Assembly: GCA_051294905.1 (NCBI GenBank)
Contig: JBPPKV010000031.1
Span: 62,001-126,000, forward strand
Direction: 5' to 3'
Source of the DNA: Botryllus schlosseri
Taxonomy: Eukaryota
DNA: 64,000 nt
Made by a program: the position numbers and the translations under genes. Numbering within the stretch: the stretch's first letter is position 1; each line of letters opens with the position of its first letter. Of the stretch, positions 37,287-52,500 are shown piece after piece. The notes beneath the pieces are model-generated. The model ran no database searches and was not told the origin of the DNA. It was given only the letters and a program-made list of their open reading frames with translations.

Positions 37287-40200
37287 ATTGTCAGCCATCG
37301 AAGGGATTGGAGCTTTCGGTGTTGTAGACCAGTAGCAATCTATCTACCTACCTAAAGCCATTGAATTTACGTTCCATGAACAGCTCAGTGCTCACCGCAA
37401 CGAGCATCTTGTGCATCGAACATGTATGGTTATGGACGTTTAGATTTCTCGCCAGCAATTTTAGCGGCCTTAAATTGTTTCTCATGGGTGCGTAAGTCGG
37501 CTACCAATCGCATCATATCATATCATTTTTTTTCACCTGTATGAGGTTTCGTATTTTATCGTCCATTTGGTCAATTATTGTCATCGAATGCAGTAGGAGG
37601 ACGCTTGCAGACAGATAACAACGTAGGTTATACTCGATTTACCAAAAAAAATTAGCAACCCAATTTGCAATTTCAATCATTTTCAGAATGCAATGACTTG
37701 AGCAATCGGTGTAATCGGTGATTTTATTATTTTCATTTCTTGTACTTGAAGAATCCTACTAGATTTAAAATTGACTTGACGTGACTCGGGTGAAACTAAA
37801 AATGTGCTCCTACTTTATATGTCTTGTGACTCGAAGGCAGCGTCTTGTTCCCAGCGTTTGTCGGCACGCGGCCATTATTGCGCAGCGATAGAATCGTGCT
37901 AACTTGTTGAGCCTTGTCTTCGGTCGCTGTCGATTGCCATGCCTTGTTTTCCAAGCGAGCGTGCGTTATCGCCCGTTCCGGCATGTTGTTCCATTAATCG
38001 TCCGGTGAGGAGCTCACGAATACCGGATGAAATCTGCATTCGTTGGTTACGGAACGCGTTGGTAGACGTAGCCTACCTCTGTTGCATCGCCTGTCGAGGA
38101 TTGGGTGAGGCCGACTTTTGATGAGGAGGTCACAATTGATTTACCATTCCGCCATGTCGACGTGGAAAATTCGATCCTACCTAGTTCACTGTCACCAGTA
38201 TTCACCAACCGTAAATACTATATTTCATCATGAGACCAACAGATAGGCGCTAGCGCGTCGCGCTCTGCAGTGGGGCAGTCTTCGGAATGATGTCACGATA
38301 AGCTTTGAAGCACGGAAGTCTGTTTACAGGTTAGCACTATTATCTCACCACGCAATAAAGATACGCTTACCAACACATGTTATTGCGTCGGCGTGTAGCG
38401 CACAGAGCTGGTGAAAGTAGTCAATAAAACTACTGAAGTAGAAGCAAAAGTTTCGACGCAATAATCTGCCCGTGGACGAGTAGAGAGTGCTTTTAAAAGC
38501 AACCTCATAATACTTCAAGTAGACGTGGATTAGGCTGGCTTTAAATCTACTCAAGTAGGTAAGTAAGTAGTGAAAACATTCATAATACCTTCCATGGACT
38601 GTAAAACGCTGCGAATTGAGCTAGGCGAAAGGGGCCGAGAGCATGATTCATATTGATGCATCCCAGGAGATGTACCTTTTTCGACAACATAAGCATTGGG
38701 CCGCATCATGGGACCCAAATGATAGTTTTGCTATGGAAAAGCGATTCTAATCTTTTGTTTACTCGCACACCCCGTTTCAGAAAATGGCATGGCACCGTTC
38801 CTCTTATTATAAGGTCCGTAGATTAGTCGAAGAGCTATACGGAGAATTTGCATTCAACACGGTTATAACAATGTGAGCAACTAGTGTACGTTATAAAAAT
38901 ATGGCGGATCGTGAAACTGCCTTATTCTGTAAATTTATTTCTGGAGAATGGAGGTACTTGGTTTTAAACTTCAACATGTATTTTCTCAGAACAAAAAGAA
39001 TGAAATTAATCAGAAGAGCTCAAAGTTATGATGCTGCGAATTACAAGAGAAATAAAAATACTGCTTCTAAATAGCGGAAAATGTATTTCGTGTCTTTCGT
39101 CCAGAAACCGTCAACGGTGGTATGCTAGAACAGGTCTAAGGCTCAAAGAAGTCGGTGACCACTTTCCAGAATAGAACACGCCATGTGCTGCCAGATTACG
39201 ATAACACAGGTAGACGCCAGATTGCGCAACGGTAGTTCCAAACGTTTTGGTGAGCCATATGTATTGTGATGAAACATGTGATATGTGATATGAACGGAAC
39301 CACGCAACCCGCTACCTAGATTATGTTCACCAATACTTCCGTGAAGACATAGTTGTCACTCCACAGCTAATTTTCGCGAAGCGCGATGAAAACTCTGGGC
39401 TTTCCCTAACTTTTGTGAAAATGGAATTGTTGTTGGTACGCCGTGAAAACAGATCCGAAATTCCTCAGTCTCTCACTCCCTCTGATTGGCGATATTAGCC
39501 TACTTGTACTTGACAAACCGAAAATAGAGAAAAGAAAGTAAGCAAATCGCAAAATTATACGAAGTAAAAGTAGCGGGAACTTGAATTTACTAGAGTAAGT
39601 TTTCAACTACACGAGTCCTCCGAAAAAGCAGAAGTATATCTTTACTAGCCACTTTTGGTGTAGCGCGTATGTTGATTTGAGTGTATTTAGCGCATGTGAT
39701 GCTATACCCAAGCGAGATACATCCACCACGCGTCGTAAGAGAGGGACTGACCTTTCAGGAGGTCTCGCCACCAACACCACACGAAGACGGGCCGTAGCTG
39801 TTGTTTTTGGAATCCATGGTGTCGATTACTAAGGTCCTTTTACACAAGGCCGACAATATTCCTTATTAATCTTTGTCTGCCGACTAGTAGCACGGCCGTC
39901 TTTCATTCTAGGCGTTCGTACGACACCGCTAACGAGGCGGATCACAAGACCACGACGGGTCTAGATACATCCGGAGAGAGACGGACTGTAGCAAGCTAGT
40001 ACACCGGTTTGCTTTTACGCGGGCGAGTTGAGCCACTTCGGTGAACGCGCGTACGACTATCAGCGGGGTCGGGGCCGCAACAACGGGAAAGTGTGTTGGA
40101 CACGCGGACGTTGATTGATTCCGACTGCGCGTGGCGAAATCGTCAAGACGTGTTGCGTAACTGCCGTGTCTAATGCCAGCCGCTTTCGTCACAACCGGAT

Positions 40201-41464
40201 CTTCCTTCGATTCGAGTGCCCGCGAGTTGAATATGCCACGACCACTTGTTCTGCAGAACGTCCACTCGAGAGATCGCTTTGCAAGTCGTCGCAGCGAGAG
40301 ACCTCTCGTTACACGTTGGCATCATCCACGAATCCCGCTGTGCGAGAAGATTACGCCACGATCACGACGCGTCATAGCAGGCGAATGACGGCAGTGTCCT
40401 CGTTGGACTTAACGAACTCGACTCGGCGTGCCTTGGAGCGTATCGTGTCCTTACCGCGAGAGCAAAAAATCCGTTTGACCCGCCGTTTGACCCTTACCAA
40501 TTCCCGATGCATTCTACCGCATAAGGCAGGCACATTTCACCGATCGTTGCCCAGCACGTGCCTCGATGGGTAGTTCGGAGATCATCAATTGCTATCAGAC
40601 ACCGGGAACGTCAATGGAATCCGGACGAAACATAAATACACTCACACACATTCGTTATGAGTCGGAGTAAAACATGACATTCATTGTAACTCGTTCTTGT
40701 AGCCCGACGACTGACTTATTCGCGCTTTTTGGATTGTTACTCCGCCCGCGTGATTATCTTTCAACACAAAACTTGTTGACCGCCCCATCCCATCCGCAAC
40801 ACGTTCCACTCGCCATTTACCGTTCCGCCCGTCACATTGCATTAAACATTGGGATAAGGGGGCGCTGTTCCACCGCGCACGTGGTGTTCGTTGATTGCGA
40901 AACGGACACTTCAACTGCGTAGGGCCTACACGAAGGGGCGCTGTTCCAACACCCCCGTAATTTCCGTTGGTTACGAAACACACTCGTAAACAGCGTAGCT
41001 AGATGGGCAAAACAAGTCCCATTTGCCGAGTCAATATTTGTTTCCTTTTCGTCGGTAGCATATCTTGGATTAGCCGGGAGGGGGGGCGTTATTTCACCGC
41101 TCACTTACTTCTCCGTGTTTACTGCTCGGGTGCGGGCAGTACATGCACTCAACGTGTGTTGCAAGGCAGCAGATTGTGCACAGATTGCGGATGCTGGATT
41201 TTTTCTCTTTCGTTACGTTCCGAGTGCTGGGGACGTTGTTCTCTCACTTCTTTGATATCATCATGAGGGAGAGCTTGCGGAGGAGAGTGCTGCGCTATGG
41301 CAGAAGCGAAAAGACGACGAAGAAGAATTTTTTTCATCTCTCTCTCTCGTTCTCTCTCAGTCCCACGCGCCATACCGGCTACGCCGTGCCAAAACCTATA
41401 AAGCGCGGCGGTACAGAAGGCATTTATTCAGCTTCTAAATCAAGCAACGAAGAAAACGAACAAA

Positions 41465-42243
41465 ATGCGTCTGTTGATCATCCTCGCTATCGCCAGTGCC
41501 GCTTCGGCCGCATACTACAGCCTGAATTGCCCAGGACGTGAGTATACTGACGGACGAGACGACAAGTCGCCGCGCACTGTAAAAGCTAGACTCTAATGTT
41601 GGCCGGTTCTATTCCAGTTAGCCGCAGCCGCTATGGTTGCCAATACGCCTGCGCCATCGCACGACCAACTAGCTACAGCCCATACTGCGGATACAGACGC
41701 CCTGTCGTCTCTTGTGCCAATTCCAACAGCAACGTCTGCGAATACATTCCCGGAAAGTACAGATGCATCAACGTGAGACGTCCATGCGTTCGTGCACCAT
41801 GCACTCCTAAACGTCACTCCTACAGGACCGGAGGCTCCCGTAAGTAACTTTCGATCGATTCGCCCCATTTCCATACTGTTTCCCCTGGCCCGGGTTACTT
41901 TTGTTTCGGTTTACAATCTGTCCCGCAGTTGGTCGGTATTTTACACCAGGCCTCGTATGATTCCCGTGCCGTCGACAGTCATCGCAGGCTATCTGAGCTT
42001 GTGCGACACACAGCATGCGCGGTTCGCACGACGACTAGGAGCCTAAATAAGCCTCCTTCATCACTCGCGTAGCATATACTGGAGTCGTTCTCGATCTCGC
42101 GACCCATTCGTCGGTCATGCCGCGGTGAAGCGTCTGCCGCTGTGCTACTCGCCACCTACTCCTAAACCGGTCGATTTTCTTCAGGTTGCACCAGGGCCGC
42201 TCTCTGCAACTACAACCGTCACAGCTTCAGCACCCGTTGTTAG
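41465..42243 (+). CDS. Secreted 12-Cys protein, copy 7. Exons 41465-41537, 41618-41839, 42185-42243.
   Basis: ATG, splice sites and TAG all intact; consensus protein. Confidence 0.88.
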
Positions 42244-42988
42244 ACGACCCTGTAGAACGACGACTTCGGAATCGACTATCGCGAATTGAGATCTTAATAA
42301 ACAAACTCAGCCACGTGAAAACGTAGTTTTGTCGGTCGATGTGGAAGGGGCGTTGTTTCAGCAGTGTTGGAATCAGCTAACAGCGACTCTTAGCCAGTGC
42401 AGATTAGACACAAGCGTGTCGAGATGCTAGAATCCGCAGCTTCGTTCAACACCGCGCGATTTCCGGACAGGTCCGCAAAGGAGATCGTCACGCGTAAACA
42501 CGTTCAACTCGTCTCTGCGAAACGCGGAAAATGTACTCGGAGATTCGCACGACTTTACAGATGATCTTAATCACAAGCACTGTTCGTCAGTCGAAAATAA
42601 AATACAATTGCTCGAACACTTTTTAAATCGAGTACATTCCAATAAATTCCGAGCAGATTTCATTACTCGATTTACGCCACGCAATGCGTATAAAGTCACT
42701 GACTGATTCGCGTACGAAGGGAGAAAGCGCACGTCATGTAGCAGTGTTGAGATGACTCGAGCCACGTCTTGATTCGAAGCGAAATCTCCGAGTCAAATGT
42801 CAAGTCATTTACTAATCGATGTTGACTATCTCTGTCTCGCTCTACCCGCACAATGTAGCCACAGGCACAAAAGGTGCATGCTCTCGACCCGCTGCCGTGA
42901 CACGTGAGGGCAACCGTCATAGTCACTCGGCGATCGTGAAGTCCATTTCGTCCGATCCGCACATTTTCCGTCCCAAATCAATTGTCAG

Positions 42989-43429
42989 TAGGGTTGCATT
43001 TAAAACATAAATCAATTTAAAACAAACATGTTTAAAACAAAGCCTTTGTTTAAAACATGTTTTTTATAGTTTTTTTGAGCCGTGATGTCACAAATATTCA
43101 TTGTGACGTCATAGTGGATTGACATGAACAATTGAAAATATAGGGTAAATATAGCTCATTTGACGAAATATCTGTACTATCGCTGTTGAACCGACTATTT
43201 TGAGGGTTCCAGCCATCCCATATCGATATACGTTGGCTATATCGGGTGTTGATTGTCCGGAGGCTCATACAACATGTTTTTTGGAAAGTATTTACGCAAT
43301 TATGGCATAATTTTACAACAACAAAAAAACAAAATTTTGTTTTTTTTCAAATGCCTTTGTTTAAAACACTGTTTAAAACATGTTTTAAACAGAGTGTTTT
43401 AAACACCGTTTGTTTTAAATGCAACCCTA
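42989..43429. mobile_element. hAT-type MITE, copy 8.
   Basis: Perfect 19 bp TIRs; ATTGTCAG on both sides. Confidence 0.9.
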
Positions 43430-46400
43430 ATTGTCAGCCATCGAAGGGATTGGAGCTTTCGGTGTTGTAGACCAGTAGCAATCTATCTACCTACCTAAAG
43501 CCATTGAATTTACGTTCCATGAACAGCTCAGTGCTCACCGCAACGAGCATCTTGTGCATCGAACATGTATGGTTATGGACGTTTAGATTTCTCGCCAGCA
43601 ATTTTAGCGGCCTTAAATTGTTTCTCATGGGTGCGTAAGTCGGCTACCAATCGCATCATATCATATCATTTTTTTTCACCTGTATGAGGTTTCGTATTTT
43701 ATCGTCCATTTGGTCAATTATTGTCATCGAATGCAGTAGGAGGACGCTTGCAGACAGATAACAACGTAGGTTATACTCGATTTACCAAAAAAAATTAGCA
43801 ACCCAATTTGCAATTTCAATCATTTTCAGAATGCAATGACTTGAGCAATCGGTGTAATCGGTGATTTTATTATTTTCATTTCTTGTACTTGAAGAATCCT
43901 ACTAGATTTAAAATTGACTTGACGTGACTCGGGTGAAACTAAAAATGTGCTCCTACTTTATATGTCTTGTGACTCGAAGGCAGCGTCTTGTTCCCAGCGT
44001 TTGTCGGCACGCGGCCATTATTGCGCAGCGATAGAATCGTGCTAACTTGTTGAGCCTTGTCTTCGGTCGCTGTCGATTGCCATGCCTTGTTTTCCAAGCG
44101 AGCGTGCGTTATCGCCCGTTCCGGCATGTTGTTCCATTAATCGTCCGGTGAGGAGCTCACGAATACCGGATGAAATCTGCATTCGTTGGTTACGGAACGC
44201 GTTGGTAGACGTAGCCTACCTCTGTTGCATCGCCTGTCGAGGATTGGGTGAGGCCGACTTTTGATGAGGAGGTCACAATTGATTTACCATTCCGCCATGT
44301 CGACGTGGAAAATTCGATCCTACCTAGTTCACTGTCACCAGTATTCACCAACCGTAAATACTATATTTCATCATGAGACCAACAGATAGGCGCTAGCGCG
44401 TCGCGCTCTGCAGTGGGGCAGTCTTCGGAATGATGTCACGATAAGCTTTGAAGCACGGAAGTCTGTTTACAGGTTAGCACTATTATCTCACCACGCAATA
44501 AAGATACGCTTACCAACACATGTTATTGCGTCGGCGTGTAGCGCACAGAGCTGGTGAAAGTAGTCAATAAAACTACTGAAGTAGAAGCAAAAGTTTCGAC
44601 GCAATAATCTGCCCGTGGACGAGTAGAGAGTGCTTTTAAAAGCAACCTCATAATACTTCAAGTAGACGTGGATTAGGCTGGCTTTAAATCTACTCAAGTA
44701 GGTAAGTAAGTAGTGAAAACATTCATAATACCTTCCATGGACTGTAAAACGCTGCGAATTGAGCTAGGCGAAAGGGGCCGAGAGCATGATTCATATTGAT
44801 GCATCCCAGGAGATGTACCTTTTTCGACAACATAAGCATTGGGCCGCATCATGGGACCCAAATGATAGTTTTGCTATGGAAAAGCGATTCTAATCTTTTG
44901 TTTACTCGCACACCCCGTTTCAGAAAATGGCATGGCACCGTTCCTCTTATTATAAGGTCCGTAGATTAGTCGAAGAGCTATACGGAGAATTTGCATTCAA
45001 CACGGTTATAACAATGTGAGCAACTAGTGTACGTTATAAAAATATGGCGGATCGTGAAACTGCCTTATTCTGTAAATTTATTTCTGGAGAATGGAGGTAC
45101 TTGGTTTTAAACTTCAACATGTATTTTCTCAGAACAAAAAGAATGAAATTAATCAGAAGAGCTCAAAGTTATGATGCTGCGAATTACAAGAGAAATAAAA
45201 ATACTGCTTCTAAATAGCGGAAAATGTATTTCGTGTCTTTCGTCCAGAAACCGTCAACGGTGGTATGCTAGAACAGGTCTAAGGCTCAAAGAAGTCGGTG
45301 ACCACTTTCCAGAATAGAACACGCCATGTGCTGCCAGATTACGATAACACAGGTAGACGCCAGATTGCGCAACGGTAGTTCCAAACGTTTTGGTGAGCCA
45401 TATGTATTGTGATGAAACATGTGATATGTGATATGAACGGAACCACGCAACCCGCTACCTAGATTATGTTCACCAATACTTCCGTGAAGACATAGTTGTC
45501 ACTCCACAGCTAATTTTCGCGAAGCGCGATGAAAACTCTGGGCTTTCCCTAACTTTTGTGAAAATGGAATTGTTGTTGGTACGCCGTGAAAACAGATCCG
45601 AAATTCCTCAGTCTCTCACTCCCTCTGATTGGCGATATTAGCCTACTTGTACTTGACAAACCGAAAATAGAGAAAAGAAAGTAAGCAAATCGCAAAATTA
45701 TACGAAGTAAAAGTAGCGGGAACTTGAATTTACTAGAGTAAGTTTTCAACTACACGAGTCCTCCGAAAAAGCAGAAGTATGTCTTTACTAGCCACTTTTG
45801 GTGTAGCGCGTATGTTGATTTGAGTGTATTTAGCGCATGTGATGCTATACCCAAGCGAGATACATCCACCACGCGTCGTAAGAGAGGGACTGACCTTTCA
45901 GGAGGTCTCGCCACCAACACCACAAGAAGACGGGCCGTAGCTGTTGTTTTTGGAATCCATGGTGTCGATTACTAAGGTCCTTTTACACAAGGCCGATAAT
46001 ATTCCTTATTAATCTTTGTCTGCCGACTAGTAGCACGGCCGTCTTTCATTCTAGGCGTTCGTACGACACCGCTAACGAGGCGGATCACAAGACCACGACG
46101 GGTCTAGATACATCCGGAGAGAGACGGACTGTAGCAAGCTAGTACACCGGTTTGCTTTTACGCGGGCGAGTTGAGCCACTTCGGTGAACGCGCGTACGAC
46201 TATCAGCGGGGTCGGGGCCGCAACAACGGGAAAGTGTGTTGGACACGCGGACGTTGATTGATTCCGACTGCGCGTGGCGAAATCGTCAAGACGTGTTGCG
46301 TAACTGCCGTGTCTAATGCCAGCCGCTTTCGTCACAACCGGATCTTCCTTCGATTCGAGTGCCCGCGAGTTGAATATGCCACGACCACTTGTTCTGCAGA

Positions 46401-47606
46401 ACGTCCACTCGAGAGATCGCTTTGCAAGTCGTCGCAGCGAGAGACCTCTCGTTACACGTTGGCATCATCCACGAATCCCGCTGTGCGAGAAGATTACGCC
46501 ACGATCACGACGCGTCATAGCAGGCGAATGACGGCAGTGTCCTCGTTGGACTTAACGAACTCGACTCGGCGTGCCTTGGAGCGTATCGTGTCCTTACCGC
46601 GAGAGCAAAAAATCCGTTTGACCCGCCGTTTGACCCTTACCAATTCCCGATGCATTCTACCGCATAAGGCAGGCACATTTCACCGATCGTTGCCCAGCAC
46701 GTGCCTCGATGGGTAGTTCGGAGATCATCAATTGCTATCAGACACCGGGAACGTCAATGGAATCCGGACGAAACATAAATACACTCACACACATTCGTTA
46801 TGAGTCGGAGTAAAACATGACATTCATTGTAACTCGTTCTTGTAGCCCGACGACTGACTTATTCGCGCTTTTTGGATTGTTACTCCGCCCGCGTGATTAT
46901 CTTTCAACACAAAACTTGTTGACCGCCCCATCCCATCCGCAACACGTTCCACTCGCCATTTACCGTTCCGCCCGTCACATTGCATTAAACATTGGGATAA
47001 GGGGGCGCTGTTCCACCGCGCACGTGGTGTTCGTTGATTGCGAAACGGACACTTCAACTGCGTAGGGCCTACACGAAGGGGCGCTGTTCCAACACCCCCG
47101 TAATTTCCGTTGGTTACGAAACACACTCGTAAACAGCGTAGCTAGATGGGCAAAACAAGTCCCATTTGCCGAGTCAATATTTGTTTCCTTTTCGTCGGTA
47201 GCATATCTTGGATTAGCCGGGAGGGGGGCGTTATTTCACCGCCCACTTACTTCTCCGTGTTTACTGCTCGGGTGCGGGCAGTACATGCACTCAACGTGTG
47301 TTGCAAGGCAGCAGATTGTGCACAGATTGCGGATGCTGGATTTTTTCTCTTTCGTTACGTTCCGAGTGCTGGGGACGTTGTTCTCTCACTTCTTTGATAT
47401 CATCATGAGGGAGAGCTTGCGGAGGAGAGTGCTGCGCTATGGCAGAAGCAAAAAGACGACGAAGAAGAATTTTTTTCATCTCTCTCTCTCGTTCTCTCTC
47501 AGTCCCACGCGCCATACCGGCTACGCCGTGCCAAAACCTATAAAGCGCGGCGGTACAGAAGGCATTTATTCAGCTTCTAAATCAAGCAACGAAGAAAACG
47601 AACAAA

Positions 47607-48385
47607 ATGCGTCTGTTGATCATCCTCGCTATCGCCAGTGCCGCTTCGGCCGCATACTACAGCCTGAATTGCCCAGGACGTGAGTATACTGACGGACGAG
47701 ACGACAAGTCGCCGCGCACTGTAAAAGCTAGACTCTAATGTTGGCCGGTTCTATTCCAGTTAGCCGCAGCCGCTATGGTTGCCAATACGCCTGCGCCATC
47801 GCACGACCAACTAGCTACAGCCCATACTGCGGATACAGACGCCCTGTCGTCTCTTGTGCCAATTCCAACAGCAACGTCTGCGAATACATTCCCGGAAAGT
47901 ACAGATGCATCAACGTGAGACGTCCATGCGTTCGTGCACCATGCACTCCTAAACGTCACTCCTACAGGACCGGAGGCTCCCGTAAGTAACTTTCGATCGA
48001 TTCGCCCCATTTCCATACTGTTTCCCCTGGCCCGGGTTACTTTTGTTTCGGTTTACAATCTGTCCCGCAGTTGGTCGGTATTTTACACCAGGCCTCGTAT
48101 GATTCCCGTGCCGTCGACAGTCATCGCAGGCTATCTGAGCTTGTGCGACACACAGCATGCGCGGTTCGCACGACGACTAGGAGCCTAAATAAGCCTCCTT
48201 CATCACTCGCGTAGCATATACTGGAGTCGTTCTCGATCTCGCGACCCATTCGTCGGTCATGCCGCGGTGAAGCGTCTGCCGCTGTGCTACTCGCCACCTA
48301 CTCCTAAACCGGTCGATTTTCTTCAGGTTGTACCAGGGCCGCTCTCTGCAACTACAACCGTCACAGCTTCAGCACCCGTTGTTAG
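47607..48385 (+). CDS. Secreted 12-Cys protein, copy 8. Exons 47607-47679, 47760-47981, 48327-48385.
   Basis: Intact; synonymous TGC>TGT (Cys100) at 48331. Confidence 0.88.
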
Positions 48386-49130
48386 ACGACCCTGTAGAAC
48401 GACGACTTCGGAATCGACTATCGCGAATTGAGATCTTAATAAACAAACTCAGCCACGTGAAAACGTAGTTTTGTCGGTCGATGTGGAAGGGGCGTTGTTT
48501 CAGCAGTGTTGGAATCAGCTAACAGCGACTCTTAGCCAGTGCAGATTAGACACAAGCGTGTCGAGATGCTAGAATCCGCAGCTTCGTTCAACACCGCGCG
48601 ATTTCCGGACAGGTCCGCAAAGGAGATCGTCACGCGTAAACACGTTCAACTCGTCTCTGCGAAACGCGGAAAATAAACTCGGAGATTCGCACGACTTTAC
48701 AGATGATCTTAATCACAAGCACTGTTCGTCAGTCGAAAATAAAATACAATTGCTCGAACACTTTTTAAATCGAGTACATTCCAATAAATTCCGAGCAGAT
48801 TTCATTACTCGATTTACGCCACGCAATGCGTATAAAGTCACTGACTGATTCGCGTACGAAGGGAGAAAGCGCACGTCATGTAGCAGTGTTGAGATGACTC
48901 GAGCCACGTCTTGATTCGAAGCGAAATCTCCGAGTCAAATGTCAAGTCATTTACTAATCGATGTTGACTATCTCTGTCTCGCTCTACCCGCACAATGTAG
49001 CCACAGGCACAAAAGGTGCATGCTCTCGACCCGCTGCCGTGACACGTGAGGGCAACCGTCATAGTCACTCGGCGATCGTGAAGTCCATTTCGTCCGATCC
49101 GCACATTTTCCGTCCCAAATCAATTGTCAG

Positions 49131-49571
49131 TAGGGTTGCATTTAAAACATAAATCAATTTATAACAAACATGTTTAAAACAAAGCCTTTGTTTAAAACAT
49201 GTTTTTTATAGTTTTTTTGAGCCGTGATGTCACGAATATTCATTGTGACGTCATAGTGGATTGACATGAACAATTGAAAATATAGGGTAAATATAGCTCA
49301 TTTGACGAAATATCTGTACTATCGCTGTTGAACCGACTATTTTGAGGGTTCCAGCCATCCCATATCGATATACGTTGGCTATATCGGGTGTTGATTGTCC
49401 GGAGGCTCATACAACATGTTTTTTGGAAAGTATTTACGCAATTATGGCATAATTTTACAACAACAAAAAAACAAAATTTTGTTTTTTTTCAAATGCCTTT
49501 GTTTAAAACACTGTTTAAAACATGTTTTAAACAGAGTGTTTTAAACACCGTTTGTTTTAAATGCAACCCTA
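49131..49571. mobile_element. hAT-type MITE, copy 9.
   Basis: Perfect 19 bp TIRs; ATTGTCAG on both sides. Confidence 0.9.
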
Positions 49572-52500
49572 ATTGTCAGCCATCGAAGGGATTGGAGCTT
49601 TCGGTGTTGTAGACCAGTAGCAATCTATCTACCTACCTAAAGCCATTGAATTTACGTTCCATGAACAGCTCAGTGCTCACCGCAACGAGCATCTTGTGCA
49701 TCGAACATGTATGGTTATGGACGTTTAGATTTCTCGCCAGCAATTTTAGCGGCCTTAAATTGTTTCTCATGGGTGCGTAAGTCGGCTACCAATCGCATCA
49801 TATCATATCATTTTTTTTCACCTGTATGAGGTTTCGTATTTTATCGTCCATTTGGTCAATTATTGTCATCGAATGCAGTAGGAGGACGCTTGCAGACAGA
49901 TAACAACGTAGGTTATACTCGATTTACAAAAAAAAATTAGCAACCCAATTTGCAATTTCAATCATTTTCAGAATGCAATGACTTGAGCAATCGGTGTAAT
50001 CGGTGATTTTATTATTTTCATTTCTTGTACTTGAAGAATCCTACTAGATTTAAAATTGACTTGACGTGACTCGGGTGAAACTAAAAATGTGCTCCTACTT
50101 TATATGTCTTGTGACTCGAAGGCAGCGTCTTGTTCCCAGCGTTTGTCGGCACGCGGCCATTATTGCGCAGCGATAGAATCGTACTAACTTGTTGAGCCTT
50201 GTCTTCGGTCGCTGTCGATTGCCATGCCTTGTTTTCCAAGCGAGCGTGCGTTATCGCCCGTTCCGGCATGTTGTTCCATTAATCGTCCGGTGAGGAGCTC
50301 ACGAATACCGGATGAAATCTGCATTCGTTGGTTACGGAACGCGTTGGTGACGTAGCCTACCTCTGTTGCATCGCCTGTCGAGGATTGGGTGAGGCCGACT
50401 TTTGATGAGGAGGTCACAATTGATTTACCATTCCGCCATGTCGACGTGGAAAATTCGATCCTACCTGGTTCACTGTCACCAGTATTCACCAACCGTAAAT
50501 ACTATATTTCATCATGAGACCAACAGATAGGCGCTAGCGCGTCGCGCTCTGCAGTGGGGCAGTCTTCGGAATGATGTCACGATAAGCTTTGAAGCACGGA
50601 AGTCTGTTTACAGGTTAGCACTATTATCTCACCACGCAATAAAGATACGCTTACCAACACATGTTATTGCGTCGGCGTGTAGCGCACAGAGCTGGTGAAA
50701 GTAGTCAATAAAACTACTGAAGTAGAAGCAAAAGTTTCGACGCAATAATCTGCCCGTGGACGAGTAGAGAGTGCTTTTAAAAGCAACCTCATAATACTTC
50801 AAGTAGACGTGGATTAGGCTGGCTTTAAATCTACTCAAGTAGGTAAGTAAGTAGTGAAAACATTCATAATACCTTCCATGGACTGTAAAACGCTGCGAAT
50901 TGAGCTAGGCGAAAGGGGCCGAGAGCATGATTCATATTGATGCATCCCAGGAGATGTACCTTTTTCGACAACATAAGCATTGGGCCGCATCATGGGACCC
51001 AAATGATAGTTTTGCTATGGAAAAGCGATTCTAATCTTTTGTTTACTCGCACACCCCGTTTCAGAAAATGGCATGGCACCGTTCCTCTTATTATAAGGTC
51101 CGTAGATTAGTCGAAGAGCTATACGGAGAATTTGCATTCAACACGGTTATAACAATGTGAGCAACTAGTGTACGTTATAAAAATATGGCGGATCGTGAAA
51201 CTGCCTTATTCTGTAAATTTATTTCTGGAGAATGGAGGTACTTGGTTTTAAACTTCAACATGTATTTTCTCAGAACAAAAAGAATGAAATTAATCAGAAG
51301 AGCTCAAAGTTATGATGCTGCGAATTACAAGAGAAATAAAAATACTGCTTCTAAATAGCGGAAAATGTATTTCGTGTCTTTCGTCCAGAAACCGTCAACG
51401 GTGGTATGCTAGAACAGGTCTAAGGCTCAAAGAAGTCGGTGACCACTTTCCAGAATAGAACACGCCATGTGCTGCCAGATTACGATAACACAGGTAGACG
51501 CCAGATTGCGCAACGGTAGTTCCAAACGTTTTGGTGAGCCATATGTATTGTGATGAAACATGTGATATGTGATATGAACGGAACCACGCAACCCGCTACC
51601 TAGATTATGTTCACCAATACTTCCGTGAAGACATAGTTGTCACTCCACAGCTAATTTTCGCGAAGCGCGATGAAAACTCTGGGCTTTCCCTAACTTTTGT
51701 GAAAATGGAATTGTTGTTGGTACGCCGTGAAAACAGATCCGAAATTCCTCAGTCTCTCACTCCCTCTGATTGGCGATATTAGCCTACTTGTACTTGACAA
51801 ACCGAAAATAGAGAAAAGAAAGTAAGCAAATCGCAAAATTATACGAAGTAAAAGTAGCGGGAACTTGAATTTACTAGAGTAAGTTTTCAACTACACGAGT
51901 CCTCCGAAAAAGCAGAAGTATATCTTTACTAGCCACTTTTGGTGTAGCGCGTATGTTGATTTGAGTGTATTTAGCGCATGTGATGCTATACCCAAGCGAG
52001 ATACATCCACCACGCGTCGTAAGAGAGGGACTGACCTTTCAGGAGGTCTCGCCACCAACACCACAAGAAGACGGGCCGTAGCTGTTGTTTTTGGAATCCA
52101 TGGTGTCGATTACTAAGGTCCTTTTACACAAGGCCGATAATATTCCTTATTAATCTTTGTCTGCCGACTAGTAGCACGGCCGTCTTTCATTCTAGGCGTT
52201 CGTACGACACCGCTAACGAGGCGGATCACAAGACCACGACGGGTCTAGATACATCCGGAGAGAGACGGACTGTAGCAAGCTAGTACACCGGTTTGCTTTT
52301 ACGCGGGCGAGTTGAGCCACTTCGGTGAACGCGCGTACGACTATCAGCGGGGTCGGGGCCGCAACAACGGGAAAGTGTGTTGGACACGCGGACGTTGATT
52401 GATTCCGACTGCGCGTGGCGAAATCGTCAAGACGTGTTGCGTAACTGCCGTGTCTAATGCCAGCCGCTTTCGTCACAACCGGATCTTCCTTCGATTCGAG